From Flavobacteriales bacterium (lineage in GTDB: Bacteria; Bacteroidota; Bacteroidia; Flavobacteriales_F; PHOS-HE28), in assembly GCA_019912395.1 (NCBI GenBank), contig JAIOIH010000010.1, forward strand, positions 18,760 to 82,759: DNA of 64,000 nt, given 5' to 3'. A program made the translations under genes and the position numbers. Positions 10,010 through 19,318 of the stretch are shown piece after piece (the first letter of the stretch is position 1; each line of letters opens with the position of its first letter). Under the pieces are notes generated by a model that saw nothing but the letters and a program-made list of their open reading frames with translations, was not told the DNA's origin and did no database searches.

Positions 10010-11701
10010 TCACATCATCTTGAACCCTCCGATCTCCAGCGCATATGGTTCAGTGCGCTGATCTCCGGGAGCCTTGCTCTTGTACTGGTCCTTCATGGCC
10101 TTGAGCCATTTTTTGGAGCGCTCCAGCAGCTTGAAATCATCGGACATCATTCGACCGCGCATGACCAGGATGCCAATGTCGGCACCTTCGTAGAGCCAAT
10201 CGCCCACGCGGGTAATGCGGAGGAAGAAGGCCTCGTTCTCGTGCTCCACATAGCGGCGGTGGGTGTCCATGCGCCAGAAATAAATGGTACCGTCCGGCCG
10301 CATGCGCCAGATGCCGCTTCGGGGCGCCGCGGTGACGGTGCGGACGTTGTCCTCGGTGTGCTTGATCACCATTTGGCCCCAGCTATCGATGTTCTCCGCG
10401 CGCGCCCAGCGGCGGTTCAGCGCGTTCACGTTCAGCTCGTAGGGCTGGCCCATCCATTCCATGATGTGGAAGAGGTGGAGCGGCGCATCGCTCATGGCGA
10501 ACACGGCGTGGTTGGTGATGCTGCTGGCACCGGTGATGCGCGGGTTCAGTTCCCCGAGATAGACTTCGCCGTTGTCCTGATCGATCAAAAAGTCCAGTTC
10601 GAAATAGCCCTTGTAGCCCTCCTTGCGCAACTGGTCACCGAAGAGCTGCGCATACTTGCGCGTCTTCCTGCGGATGCTTGGGGTGAAGGCGTCGGCGAAG
10701 ATCTCATTGCCGCACCAGCCGCCCTTGTACGGGGTAAGCTCCTTAAAGCCCACCAGCTCGGTCATCAGCGGGGCCACTACGGTACCGTTGCGCGTAACAC
10801 AGGCTTCCATGGCGGCGCCGCGGCAGTTGATGCGTTTCATCACCTTGCACTCCTTCTCCGCCTCGATCTCCTTCGCGTACTTTTTGTAGTCGGCTTCGGT
10901 CTTGATGAAGAAGGTGGTGTGGCCGCTGTCGCCGAAGGGCGTTTGCACCACAAGGTCGCTCCCGAGCTTGGCCGACACTTTGTTCAGGTGCGCATAGCTC
11001 TTCACCGGACTTAGCACATAGGGCACGCAAGGCACGCCGGCCTTTTCGGCGATGCGGTTGGTGTTCACCTTGTTGTCCATGAAGGTGCGCATCCTGGCAC
11101 TGGGGAAGATCACCTCCAGCCCCAGCTTTTTCGCGAGCTTCTCGGTCTTCTCGTCGAACATCAGGAACATGGCCTTGCCCGCTTTGCCCGATCTTCCCTT
11201 CGCTTTGCGCTTGGCTATGAAGTCCTTCACCTCGCTGTGGGTGAGCAGGTAATTGTTGATGTCCTCTATGCTCTGGAACTCAGCATGCGGCTCCTCGGTC
11301 TGAGGGGTCATCGAATTGGGGTGCAGCCCGTCGAAGCAGTCGATGTAGGTGATGAACTTGAACCCCTTGATCCACTCGTCCGCGCCCAGCAGGTTGAAGT
11401 TGGTGGCGCTGATGAAATAGATGGGCGTCTCGTTGCGGTAGAAGAAGCGCCGGATGTCGCTGACACCCTTGATCACCGCTGGTTTCCGGCTCTTCCTTTT
11501 CGCGGTCTTTTTGATCGCCGCCTTCCTTGCCGAGGGCTTTTTCCTCGGCACGGGACTGGCCGGTTTCCCTTTGGCTGCCGACTTTTTCGGTGCGGCCTTT
11601 TTCGGGGCAGCCTTCTTTTTGGCGGTAGCCGCCTTGCGAACGGTCTTCGCGGGCACCGCTGTGGCCTTTCGCGGTGCGGACTTCTTCAGTTTTTTGCTCA
11701 T
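10010..11701 (-). CDS. ATP-grasp ligase ('biotin carboxylase-like') with Lys/Ala/Pro-rich N-terminal tail
   Basis: VVQTPFGDSGHTTF loop, FELDFLID...LGELNPR metal-binding motif; first ~80 aa are PKKAA-type repeats. Confidence 0.85.
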   Translation of the reverse strand: MSKKLKKSAPRKATAVPAKTVRKAATAKKKAAPKKAAPKKSAAKGKPASPVPRKKPSARKAAIKKTAKRKSRKPAVIKGVSDIRRFFYRNETPIYFISATNFNLLGADEWIKGFKFITYIDCFDGLHPNSMTPQTEEPHAEFQSIEDINNYLLTHSEVKDFIAKRKAKGRSGKAGKAMFLMFDEKTEKLAKKLGLEVIFPSARMRTFMDNKVNTNRIAEKAGVPCVPYVLSPVKSYAHLNKVSAKLGSDLVVQTPFGDSGHTTFFIKTEADYKKYAKEIEAEKECKVMKRINCRGAAMEACVTRNGTVVAPLMTELVGFKELTPYKGGWCGNEIFADAFTPSIRRKTRKYAQLFGDQLRKEGYKGYFELDFLIDQDNGEVYLGELNPRITGASSITNHAVFAMSDAPLHLFHIMEWMGQPYELNVNALNRRWARAENIDSWGQMVIKHTEDNVRTVTAAPRSGIWRMRPDGTIYFWRMDTHRRYVEHENEAFFLRITRVGDWLYEGADIGILVMRGRMMSDDFKLLERSKKWLKAMKDQYKSKAPGDQRTEPYALEIGGFKMM

Positions 11702-14451
11702 GCTTTTTTCTTTTTGTTCGTATTTCCGCTGCCCTGTTCTTGTGCTATCGCAGCGGCCCGCATGCCACCCATGGCCGTCCCGGTGCGTTGCCGGCCGAGC
11801 GCATGGTCGTTGAACACGCGCAGGCCAAGCTCTTCACGGTAGCCGTGGATCTCCTTCACGTCGATGGCAATGAGGAAGTCGAGGATGTCCTTGCTGATCA
11901 CCTGACCGGGCACCAGCACGGGGAAGCCGGGTGGATAGGGAATGACGAAACTGGCGGAGACGAGCTCGCGACCGCCCTGCATCAGCCCCTGGCACCCCTT
12001 GATCTTCACGTACTCGCAGTTCTGTTCGTTATAGGCAAGGAAGTAGGCCTTGCGCAGGTCGCCGCCGGGCACGCCGGGCACCGCGCGGAACGAATCGTGA
12101 AAACGGCTGAAGTCGGGCAGTGGCGGGGTTTCCTTCGTCAGCGAGCGGATGCGGGCAATGTGCAGTTCCTTCTCGGCGTGGTTCAGGGCGTTGTTGCGTG
12201 CCTCCAGCTCGTCGGCGATGGTGAGCAGTACCTTGATCAGGTAGGCCACGGAGCCGCGGGTGGTCCCGATGTTCGTCATGAACAGCACGCTGTTGCGCGA
12301 GGTCTTGTTCACCTGGATGTGGTGCTTGTCCATCAAGTAGCGGTTCTTGAAGGTGTCGCCGTCCACTCCGGTCTTGCCGGTGTACAGGTTGATCTTGGTG
12401 GGGTCCACCACGAATTCGTCATGGGCCCACGCGTCCTCGATGCGGTTCCAGCCCTTCTCCTTGCTGTAGTATTCCTTCAGTCCGGAAGGCCGGTACTTGG
12501 CGGGCACGAGGTTCTCCAGCGTTACGATGTCGAAGTAGCGCCGCAGCTTGGGGTGGTCGTTGATCTTGTGGCGCAGGAGCATGCCTTGCTCGATGGCCTT
12601 TTCCACCAGCTCATAGCCTTCGAACTCCACTTGGCGGCGGCCCACGTCCAAGCTGGCGAGGATCTGGTAGTTGGGGCTGGTGCTGGTGTGCGCCATGTAC
12701 GCCTCGTGGAAGCTGTCCTCGCTCTTGCGCTGGAAGTCCTCGTCCCAGATGTGGATCATGCTGCCCTGCCGCATGGAGGTGAGCGTCTTGTGCGTGCTCT
12801 GGGTGGCATACACGCGGATGCGCACCTTGTCGGGGTCCGGCAAGCGAGGTATCTCACCCTTCTTCAACGAGGCGATGTGCGCGGCGTACTCCTCGCGGTA
12901 CGCATCGCTGTGGTACTTGCGGTGCAGGCGGGCGGCGCTGAACATGGCGGTGCGCTGCTTGAAGATGTAGCTGAAGCCCGCGAAGGCGAACCAGGCCTCG
13001 TCCCAGAGGAAGACCATGTCCGGCTTGATGGCCAGCACCTGCTCCATCACGCGCTGCACGTTGTACACCACGCCGTCGAAGGTGCAGTTGGTGAGCAGCA
13101 GCATTTTCACGTGCTGCAAGCGCCCGGCGGCCTTTAGCACCAGCAATTTCTCACGGATGTGTTCCAACGGCACCGCGCCGTACATGCTGAACTCCGGCAA
13201 GGGGTAGCTGTCCAGGTAAACGGGGTAGGCGCCGGTGAGCGTGAGGCCGTAGTGGTGGCTCTTGTGGCAATCCCGGTCGATGAGCACCATGTCATGCGGT
13301 TCCACCAGCGCCTGCAGCACGATCTTGTTGCTGGTACTGGTGCCGTTGGTGGCGAAATAGGTGAACTGCGATCCGAAGGCGCGCGCCGCACGTTCCTGCG
13401 CCTTCTTCAAGGGGCCGGTGGGTTGCAGCAACGAGTCCAGGCCGCCGCTGGTGCTGGAGGTTTCCGCAAGGAAGAGGTTGCGTCCGTAGAAGTCGCCAAA
13501 ATCCTGTATCCAACGGCTCTTGAACACGGAGTTGCCGCGCGAGATGGGCATGGCGTGAAATACGCCCATCGGCCTGCGGCTGTAGTCCATCAGCGCGGTG
13601 AAGAAGGGCGTATTGTACTTGTCCTGGATGCCGCGCAGAATGGTGAGGTGCAGTTCCTGATGATCTTCCTGGCGATAGAAGATCCGGCGAAAGTTCTGGA
13701 CGGTGGTGTCCTTCAGGTCGCTCACGGGCGTGTCGGTCACGTAGTAGCGGTCCACCTCGGGCCGGAACCAGCGCATCAGCTTGCCCAGGAGCGGACCCAT
13801 GTCGGCCTTGTTGCGGTCGCGGAGGTCCACCTCCTTGATGGCGCGGATGTAGTCCTTCAAAAAGCCCTTGGCGCTGGGCGATGCGAAGGGCATGCCGTAG
13901 CGGATCACGCAGGCCTGGATGTTGGAGTTGAAGAGCAGGGCGATCAGCGCGTCCTGCACCGTGGGCACCACGATGGCATCGTAGGTGAAGGGGTCGGCGG
14001 GATCGCGGACCTCGGCCAGGTTCTCCTTGAGCAGTTGCTCCTCCTCCTCGTTCAGGTCGTCCACGAAGAGCACCTCGAAGTACTTGTTGCGCGGGCGTTC
14101 TGCACCATCATCATCGTGGTCCAGCGCATGCTCGGCATGTTCGCCGGTGTTGAGGCGCACTTGGCCGCTCACCAAGGTGCGCACCAGCTTCAGGGTTCGC
14201 GATTCCAGCGCCGCGTATTCCTTGCGCTCCAGCATGGCCCGCAGACCTCGCACGGCACCGCGCCCCGGGAAGGCCCAGTACTGCTCGATCGTATACAGGT
14301 CCTGCAGCAGCCCGTCCACCTCGCGTACGGCTTCCCGCTTCCCCGTGCGTGCAGCGGCGAGGTCGGAAACTGCGGTTTTTAGTCTGTCCCAAGTGTGGGT
14401 GCGTAGGCGGGTGGCATTGAAATGCTCTTGCGTGGGTTCGGATGTGGGCAT
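11698..14451 (-). CDS. Large PLP-dependent Orn/Lys/Arg-type amino-acid decarboxylase (Rv2531c-like)
   Basis: NGTSTSN, DRDCHKSHH, WDEAW, TQSTHK (PLP Lys), HTSTSP, PYPPGFP; N-terminal wing domain; likely start ATG 14451. Confidence 0.92.
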   Translation of the reverse strand: MPTSEPTQEHFNATRLRTHTWDRLKTAVSDLAAARTGKREAVREVDGLLQDLYTIEQYWAFPGRGAVRGLRAMLERKEYAALESRTLKLVRTLVSGQVRLNTGEHAEHALDHDDDGAERPRNKYFEVLFVDDLNEEEEQLLKENLAEVRDPADPFTYDAIVVPTVQDALIALLFNSNIQACVIRYGMPFASPSAKGFLKDYIRAIKEVDLRDRNKADMGPLLGKLMRWFRPEVDRYYVTDTPVSDLKDTTVQNFRRIFYRQEDHQELHLTILRGIQDKYNTPFFTALMDYSRRPMGVFHAMPISRGNSVFKSRWIQDFGDFYGRNLFLAETSSTSGGLDSLLQPTGPLKKAQERAARAFGSQFTYFATNGTSTSNKIVLQALVEPHDMVLIDRDCHKSHHYGLTLTGAYPVYLDSYPLPEFSMYGAVPLEHIREKLLVLKAAGRLQHVKMLLLTNCTFDGVVYNVQRVMEQVLAIKPDMVFLWDEAWFAFAGFSYIFKQRTAMFSAARLHRKYHSDAYREEYAAHIASLKKGEIPRLPDPDKVRIRVYATQSTHKTLTSMRQGSMIHIWDEDFQRKSEDSFHEAYMAHTSTSPNYQILASLDVGRRQVEFEGYELVEKAIEQGMLLRHKINDHPKLRRYFDIVTLENLVPAKYRPSGLKEYYSKEKGWNRIEDAWAHDEFVVDPTKINLYTGKTGVDGDTFKNRYLMDKHHIQVNKTSRNSVLFMTNIGTTRGSVAYLIKVLLTIADELEARNNALNHAEKELHIARIRSLTKETPPLPDFSRFHDSFRAVPGVPGGDLRKAYFLAYNEQNCEYVKIKGCQGLMQGGRELVSASFVIPYPPGFPVLVPGQVISKDILDFLIAIDVKEIHGYREELGLRVFNDHALGRQRTGTAMGGMRAAAIAQEQGSGNTNKKKKA

Positions 14452-14559
14452 GGGGGTCTCGGAATATAGGTATTCCTGAGCGAAAGGTATTTCACCGCAC
14501 GTTTCGCCCTGCAATCGTCCACAAAGACTACCACAATTGTACACCCGGCCGTGAAAGCG

Positions 14560-15870
14560 CTAAGCCAACGTCTTCTTCCGGCTCTTCGCCATCAGCGCCT
14601 CGATCTCCTCCACCTCCCTTGGGATGTTCTTGAACAGATCGTCCTGACCGTCCTTGGTCACCACGATGTTGTTCTCGATGCGGATGCCGAGGTTTTCCTC
14701 CGGGATGTAGATGCCCGGCTCCACGGTGAAGACCATGCCTTCCGTGATCGGCTCGTGCCACAGGCCCACATCATGCACATCGATGCCGAGGAAGTGGCTG
14801 GTGCCGTGCATGAAGTACTTTTTGTACAGCGGCTTTTCGGGATCCTGCGTCGCCACCTCCTTCTTGTCCAACAGGCCGAGGCCGATCAGTTCCTTTTCCA
14901 TCAGCTCGCCCACCTGCTTGTGGTAATCGCCGAGGAAGACGCCCGGAAGCAAGAGCTTCGTGGCTTCCTTCTGCACGTTCAGCACGGCGTTGTACACGTC
15001 GCGTTGGCGCGGGGAGAATTTGCCGTTCACCGGGATGCTGCGGCTGAGGTCACTGGCGTAGCCGCCGTACTCGCAACCGAAGTCCATCAGGATCACATCG
15101 CCGTCCTTGCAGGTATCGTCGTTGGTGATGTAGTGCAGCACGCAGGCGTTGTAGCCGCTGGCGATGATGGGCGTATAGGCATGCCCGCGCGAGCCGTTGC
15201 GCAGGAACTCATGCGTGATCTCCGCTTCGATGGCGTACTCCTTCACGCCGGGCTTCACGAATTGCAACACGCGCTGGAAGGCCTTGGCGGTGATGTTCAC
15301 CGCGTTCTGGATCTGCGCGATCTCCTCGGCCGTCTTCCGGGAGCGGATGCGGTGCATGATCGGTGCGCTGCGCTTCACTTCGTACAAGGGATACTTGGCG
15401 CGTAGTTCCTTGTTCTTGCGCTCCTCGCGGGTTTCCACTTCATTGCCTTGGCGCAGGTGCTCGTTGCTGTTGAGGTAGATGCTTTTCGCCTGCGGAAGCA
15501 AGCGCTGCAAGGTGGCCTCGTAGCTGCTGGTCCACAGCACGGTGGCGATGCCGCTCTGCGCGGTGGCCTGCTGCTGCGTCAGCTTCGCACCTTCCCAAAT
15601 GGCGATGCTGGGGCTGGTCTCGCGGACGAAGAGGATCTCGCGGTCCTTCGGATCGAACGCATCCGGAAAGAGCAGCAGCACGGTCTCCTCCTGGTCGATG
15701 CCGCTGAGGTGGAAGATGTCCGCCGCCTGGTGGAAGGGCATGGTGCCGTCCGCGCTGGTGGGCATGATGTCGTTGCTGTGGAAGACGGCGAGACCACCCT
15801 TTTCCATGGCCTGGCGGAAGCGGCTACGGTGTTCACGATAGGTGGCGGCGGAGAGGGGTGTGTAGCGCAT
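14560..15870 (-). CDS. pepP: Xaa-Pro aminopeptidase (M24B)
   Basis: DFGCEYGGYASD, HGTSHFLGIDVHD, TVEPGIY, GIRIE. Confidence 0.93.
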   Translation of the reverse strand: MRYTPLSAATYREHRSRFRQAMEKGGLAVFHSNDIMPTSADGTMPFHQAADIFHLSGIDQEETVLLLFPDAFDPKDREILFVRETSPSIAIWEGAKLTQQQATAQSGIATVLWTSSYEATLQRLLPQAKSIYLNSNEHLRQGNEVETREERKNKELRAKYPLYEVKRSAPIMHRIRSRKTAEEIAQIQNAVNITAKAFQRVLQFVKPGVKEYAIEAEITHEFLRNGSRGHAYTPIIASGYNACVLHYITNDDTCKDGDVILMDFGCEYGGYASDLSRSIPVNGKFSPRQRDVYNAVLNVQKEATKLLLPGVFLGDYHKQVGELMEKELIGLGLLDKKEVATQDPEKPLYKKYFMHGTSHFLGIDVHDVGLWHEPITEGMVFTVEPGIYIPEENLGIRIENNIVVTKDGQDDLFKNIPREVEEIEALMAKSRKKTLA

Positions 15871-16141
15871 GGTCGTTCGGGGTAGGAGGTGCGAAGGTAG
15901 AAAGGCGCGGATGGGATGTTCGGAAAAGAGGCAAGTGAACGCCGCATTCCAAACCCTAGGTTACCCGCTTTTGAACTTTAGGTGAAAAGCGCCTTCCAAG
16001 CAATCCCGCTCAGGCACGCAACTTCCTCATCACAAGGAACTTGCCGAAAACTATACATGTTCATCGCGATATGGATAGAAAAAGGCTGTGTTCTATACAT
16101 GTCGAGCCAGATGACCGGAAGCGTCTTCGCAACGTGCTACC

Positions 16142-16888
16142 TCACCCCTTGAACCGCACCATCACCGTGTTCCCCTTCTCCTCGCGGCGGGTCTCCACTT
16201 TGTCCTTCAATGCGCTGATCAGCGAGGACAATGAGCCATGTCCATAGCTGCGCGGGTCGAAGCTGGGGTCCAATCGCCGCAGCGCTTGGCCGATCAGGCT
16301 CAATGAAACCTCATCCTCTTCTCCCTTGGCGATGTCAAAGGCCTTGCGGAGCTTGCGCATCAAGGAGGTGTTGGCCGATAATGCCGTGGTGGTTTTCTTC
16401 TTCGCTGACTTGGATCCGGAGCTCGTGCTGCCCTTCGGTTCGTCATGGATGTCCAAGTTCTCCACGTAGATGAAGCGCTCGCAGGCCTGCACGAACGCAT
16501 CGGGGGTCTTCTTTTCGCCCACGCCCATTACAAAGAGGCCGGCTTCGCGAAGCCGGGTGGCCAAGCGGGTGTAGTCGCTGTCACTGCTCACGATGCAGAA
16601 GGCGTCCACCATGCCGCCGTGGAGAATGTCCATGGCATCGATGATGAGCGCGCTGTCCGTGCTGTTCTTGCCCTTCGTGTAGGCGAATTGCTGCACGGGC
16701 TGGATGGCGTTGGCGTTCAAGAGGTCCTTCCAGCCGCTCATGCCGGTGGTGGTCCAATCGCCATAGATGCGCCGGATGGTGATGGTGCCCTTTTTGGAGA
16801 CTTCCTCCAGGATGGGTGCCAAGCGGCGCGGGGCCGCGTTATCGCCGTCTATCAGGAGGGCGATGGTGGTGTCGTTGATCTTTTTCAC
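16142..16888 (-). CDS. NYN (LabA/DUF88) nuclease with C-terminal OST-HTH/LOTUS domain
   Basis: LIDGDN, RIYGDW, GKNSTDSALIIDAMD, SSDSDY, FDPRSYG. Confidence 0.92.
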   Translation of the reverse strand: MKKINDTTIALLIDGDNAAPRRLAPILEEVSKKGTITIRRIYGDWTTTGMSGWKDLLNANAIQPVQQFAYTKGKNSTDSALIIDAMDILHGGMVDAFCIVSSDSDYTRLATRLREAGLFVMGVGEKKTPDAFVQACERFIYVENLDIHDEPKGSTSSGSKSAKKKTTTALSANTSLMRKLRKAFDIAKGEEDEVSLSLIGQALRRLDPSFDPRSYGHGSLSSLISALKDKVETRREEKGNTVMVRFKG

Positions 16889-16923
16889 GGCGTGAAGGTA
16901 GGGGCCAAGGGTACTGGTGGTTT

Positions 16924-17216
16924 ACCGCCAAGACGCTAAGAGCGCAAAGAGGAAGGAGCGCCGGCAGTCCGGTTCCTTTCTACCACCACGCATGCCTCCG
17001 GCAGCCAGGGACGCAATGCGCGCCAAGAAATTTACCGCAAGCGGCGTTTGTTTTCCAACCGCAACGGACGCAACGAGCGCAACGAAATACAAGCCACGGG
17101 GATCGTTCTCAGAACGTCGCGGTCTCCCGAAAGGATCGGGATCAAGCCGTTGCGCCCGCCGTGGTTCAACCTTTCGGAGCATTGCATTTCCTTGGCGCTC
17201 TTTGCGTCTTGGCGGT
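16924..17216. repeat. Gene-less element with nested inverted repeats of ~9-nt periodicity
   Basis: Outer 16924-16949 versus rc of 17191-17216: 24/26; inner 17057-17075 versus rc of 17148-17166: 15/19. Confidence 0.8.
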
Positions 17217-17233
17217 CAACCTTTTTTCACGGC

Positions 17234-17785
17234 TCAGCCCTGCTTCACCAGCTGCACTTCGCAGGCGATGCGCACCTCGTCGCTCACCAGCACGCCGCCG
17301 GACTCAAGCGCCGTGTTCCAGTTCAGGCCCCAATCCTTGCGGTTGATCTTGCCGTGCACGCTTACACCTGCCTTGGTGTTGCCGTAGGGGTCCTTCATCA
17401 CGCCGCCCCATTCCACGTCCAGCTTCACCTCCTTGGTCTTGCCGTTCATGGCGAGGTCGCCATGGATCGTCCAACTTCCATCCTTGTCCACGGATTCCGC
17501 ACGCTTCATCTTGAAGGTGATCCTCGGGTGATCGGTGGCGCCGAAGAAGTCCGCGCTCTTCAGGTGGCTATCACGCTGCTCATTGTTGGTGGTGATGCTC
17601 GAAGCATCGGCCCAGAATTCCACCTTGGCGGTGCTGAGGTCATCACCCACTACTTCAATGTCGGCATTGAACTTTTGAAAGCTCCCGGTCACGGTGGAGA
17701 TCATCATGTGCTTCACCTTGAACTGGATCTCGCTGTGTGCGGGATCGATGGTCCACTTCACGCGTTGTGCTGTTGCTGTTTCCAT
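17234..17785 (-). CDS. YceI family lipid/polyisoprenoid-binding protein
   Basis: WTIDPAHSEIQFKVKHMMIS, RDSHLKSADFF, INRKDWGL. Confidence 0.95.
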   Translation of the reverse strand: METATAQRVKWTIDPAHSEIQFKVKHMMISTVTGSFQKFNADIEVVGDDLSTAKVEFWADASSITTNNEQRDSHLKSADFFGATDHPRITFKMKRAESVDKDGSWTIHGDLAMNGKTKEVKLDVEWGGVMKDPYGNTKAGVSVHGKINRKDWGLNWNTALESGGVLVSDEVRIACEVQLVKQG

Positions 17786-17819
17786 TTTTCTTGGGGGGGT
17801 TGTTTGTTGTTCGTTCTGT

Positions 17820-18560
17820 TCAGTTGAATTCCATCGGCACGTCGATCAGCAGCAGTTCCGCGCCTTCCGGGCCTGTCTTGATCTCCAGTTCTGCCACGGC
17901 ACTGACGCCAATGGCATCACGTGCGGAGAGCGGTTGTCCGTGTATTTCAGCGCTGCCCGACACCACCATGGCGTAAACACCGTTGCCCGCCCGTTTTATC
18001 GCGTAGCGCTCCGTGCGGCCGTCGTCGAACTTGCCGAGTTGGAACCAGGCATCCTGATGGATCCAAGTTCCGGCATCCTCCGGGTCCGGCGAAACGATCT
18101 GTTGGAACTTGTTGACCCTGTCCTCCGGGGCGAGCGTGATCTGTTCGTACCGAGGGGTCAGTCCGCGCTCGCGCGGGAAAAGCCAAATTTGAAAGAGCTT
18201 GGTGCGGTGTTCGGGGTCCGGATTGAATTCACTGTGCTGGATGCCGGTCCCCGCGCTCATCACCTGTACGTCACCGGCCTTGATCACGCCTTCGTTGCCC
18301 ATGCTGTCCTTGTGCATCAGGGCGCCTTCGGTCACGATGGTGACGATCTCCATGTTGTCGTGCGGGTGCGTGCCGAAGCCCTTGCCCGGCGCGATGGTGT
18401 CGTCGTTCAGCACGCGCAAGGCACCGAAGTGCAAGCGTTCGGGGTTGTGCCAATTGGCAAAGCTGAAGGAGTGCCACGCGTTCAACCAACCGTGGTCGGC
18501 ATGGCCGCGGGTCTCCGCCCTGTGCAGGACGGTCTGGGCTAAGGAGGTTGATCTGCTCAT
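17820..18560 (-). CDS. Pirin family protein (YhhW-like)
   Basis: GFGTHPHDNMEI, MSAGTGIQHSE, FQIW; TATATTTG promoter at 18580-18587. Confidence 0.95.
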   Translation of the reverse strand: MSRSTSLAQTVLHRAETRGHADHGWLNAWHSFSFANWHNPERLHFGALRVLNDDTIAPGKGFGTHPHDNMEIVTIVTEGALMHKDSMGNEGVIKAGDVQVMSAGTGIQHSEFNPDPEHRTKLFQIWLFPRERGLTPRYEQITLAPEDRVNKFQQIVSPDPEDAGTWIHQDAWFQLGKFDDGRTERYAIKRAGNGVYAMVVSGSAEIHGQPLSARDAIGVSAVAELEIKTGPEGAELLLIDVPMEFN

Positions 18561-18790
18561 TTTGGTAGGTGTCTGGGCACAAATATAGTTTACATGGAAA
18601 ATATCGCCAATACAACATTGTGGTCCATATAGTATGGCTGTCCCCGAATACGGCAGCGTGGGGATGGGCCTGCTTGGTCACACGAGCGATGCGTCAATGC
18701 TTGCCTGGGGGAACAAGCGATCGTGACTATCCCGGCGCTTCTGCGGCCGATCACCGGTCACCAACCAACCATCATCCGGGCCTCTAAGGC

Positions 18791-19318
18791 TCAACGGCTT
18801 GGCCCCGAGGGCGTACACGAGAGGGTGGACCAGCAGTGTTGTCCGGTGGTGTCCACTGGGCAGCTGTCCGGATAGCTCCGGTCGCTTAACGGCTGGCCCC
18901 GTTGGTCCCAACGTTGCCACAAGCCCACCTTGCCACCATTGCAGAACCGGCCTTTGCTCTCCTTGTTCCCGTTGGGGTGGTAGAAGGTAAAGTCCCCTTG
19001 CGGAATGCGCAGGTTCCGGTCGATAAAAGTGCCTGTCATCAACAGGCCGCCGTTCGGGCCATATACCCGTGCCGCCCAGCCGTCCGGGGTTTCGCGGGCG
19101 GTACGCAACAGGGTCATGTCGGTCAGGTAGGCATTCGCATATTCAGCCACCACCATGTCATAACGCACCCTTCCCACGGTAAGGCTGGTCTCGCCGCGTG
19201 CGTGCATTACGGCAAGCTTGTTCAGGTCATCGCGTTGGCCGTGAACGGGCAATGCACAGAGCCAGGCCAGCAGCATACAGGCCGGGGCGGATAGTTTCCA
19301 GAGTCGCTGGTGTTTCAT
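18791..19318 (-). CDS. Exported hypothetical protein with MORN-variant repeats
   Basis: Signal peptide; GDFTFYHPNGNKESKGRF..G.KVGLW. Confidence 0.65.
   Translation of the reverse strand: MKHQRLWKLSAPACMLLAWLCALPVHGQRDDLNKLAVMHARGETSLTVGRVRYDMVVAEYANAYLTDMTLLRTARETPDGWAARVYGPNGGLLMTGTFIDRNLRIPQGDFTFYHPNGNKESKGRFCNGGKVGLWQRWDQRGQPLSDRSYPDSCPVDTTGQHCWSTLSCTPSGPSR

Noticed and set aside
10010-11701. Annotation as acetyl-CoA carboxylase biotin carboxylase (accC)
   Set aside because: Lacks AccC signatures such as IANRGEIA and GGGGRG, and has no accB neighbour.
16924-17216. Possible CRISPR array (also considered 36088-36196 and 39226-39273)
   Set aside because: Repeats are inverted or abutting, with no regular repeat-spacer period and no cas genes.
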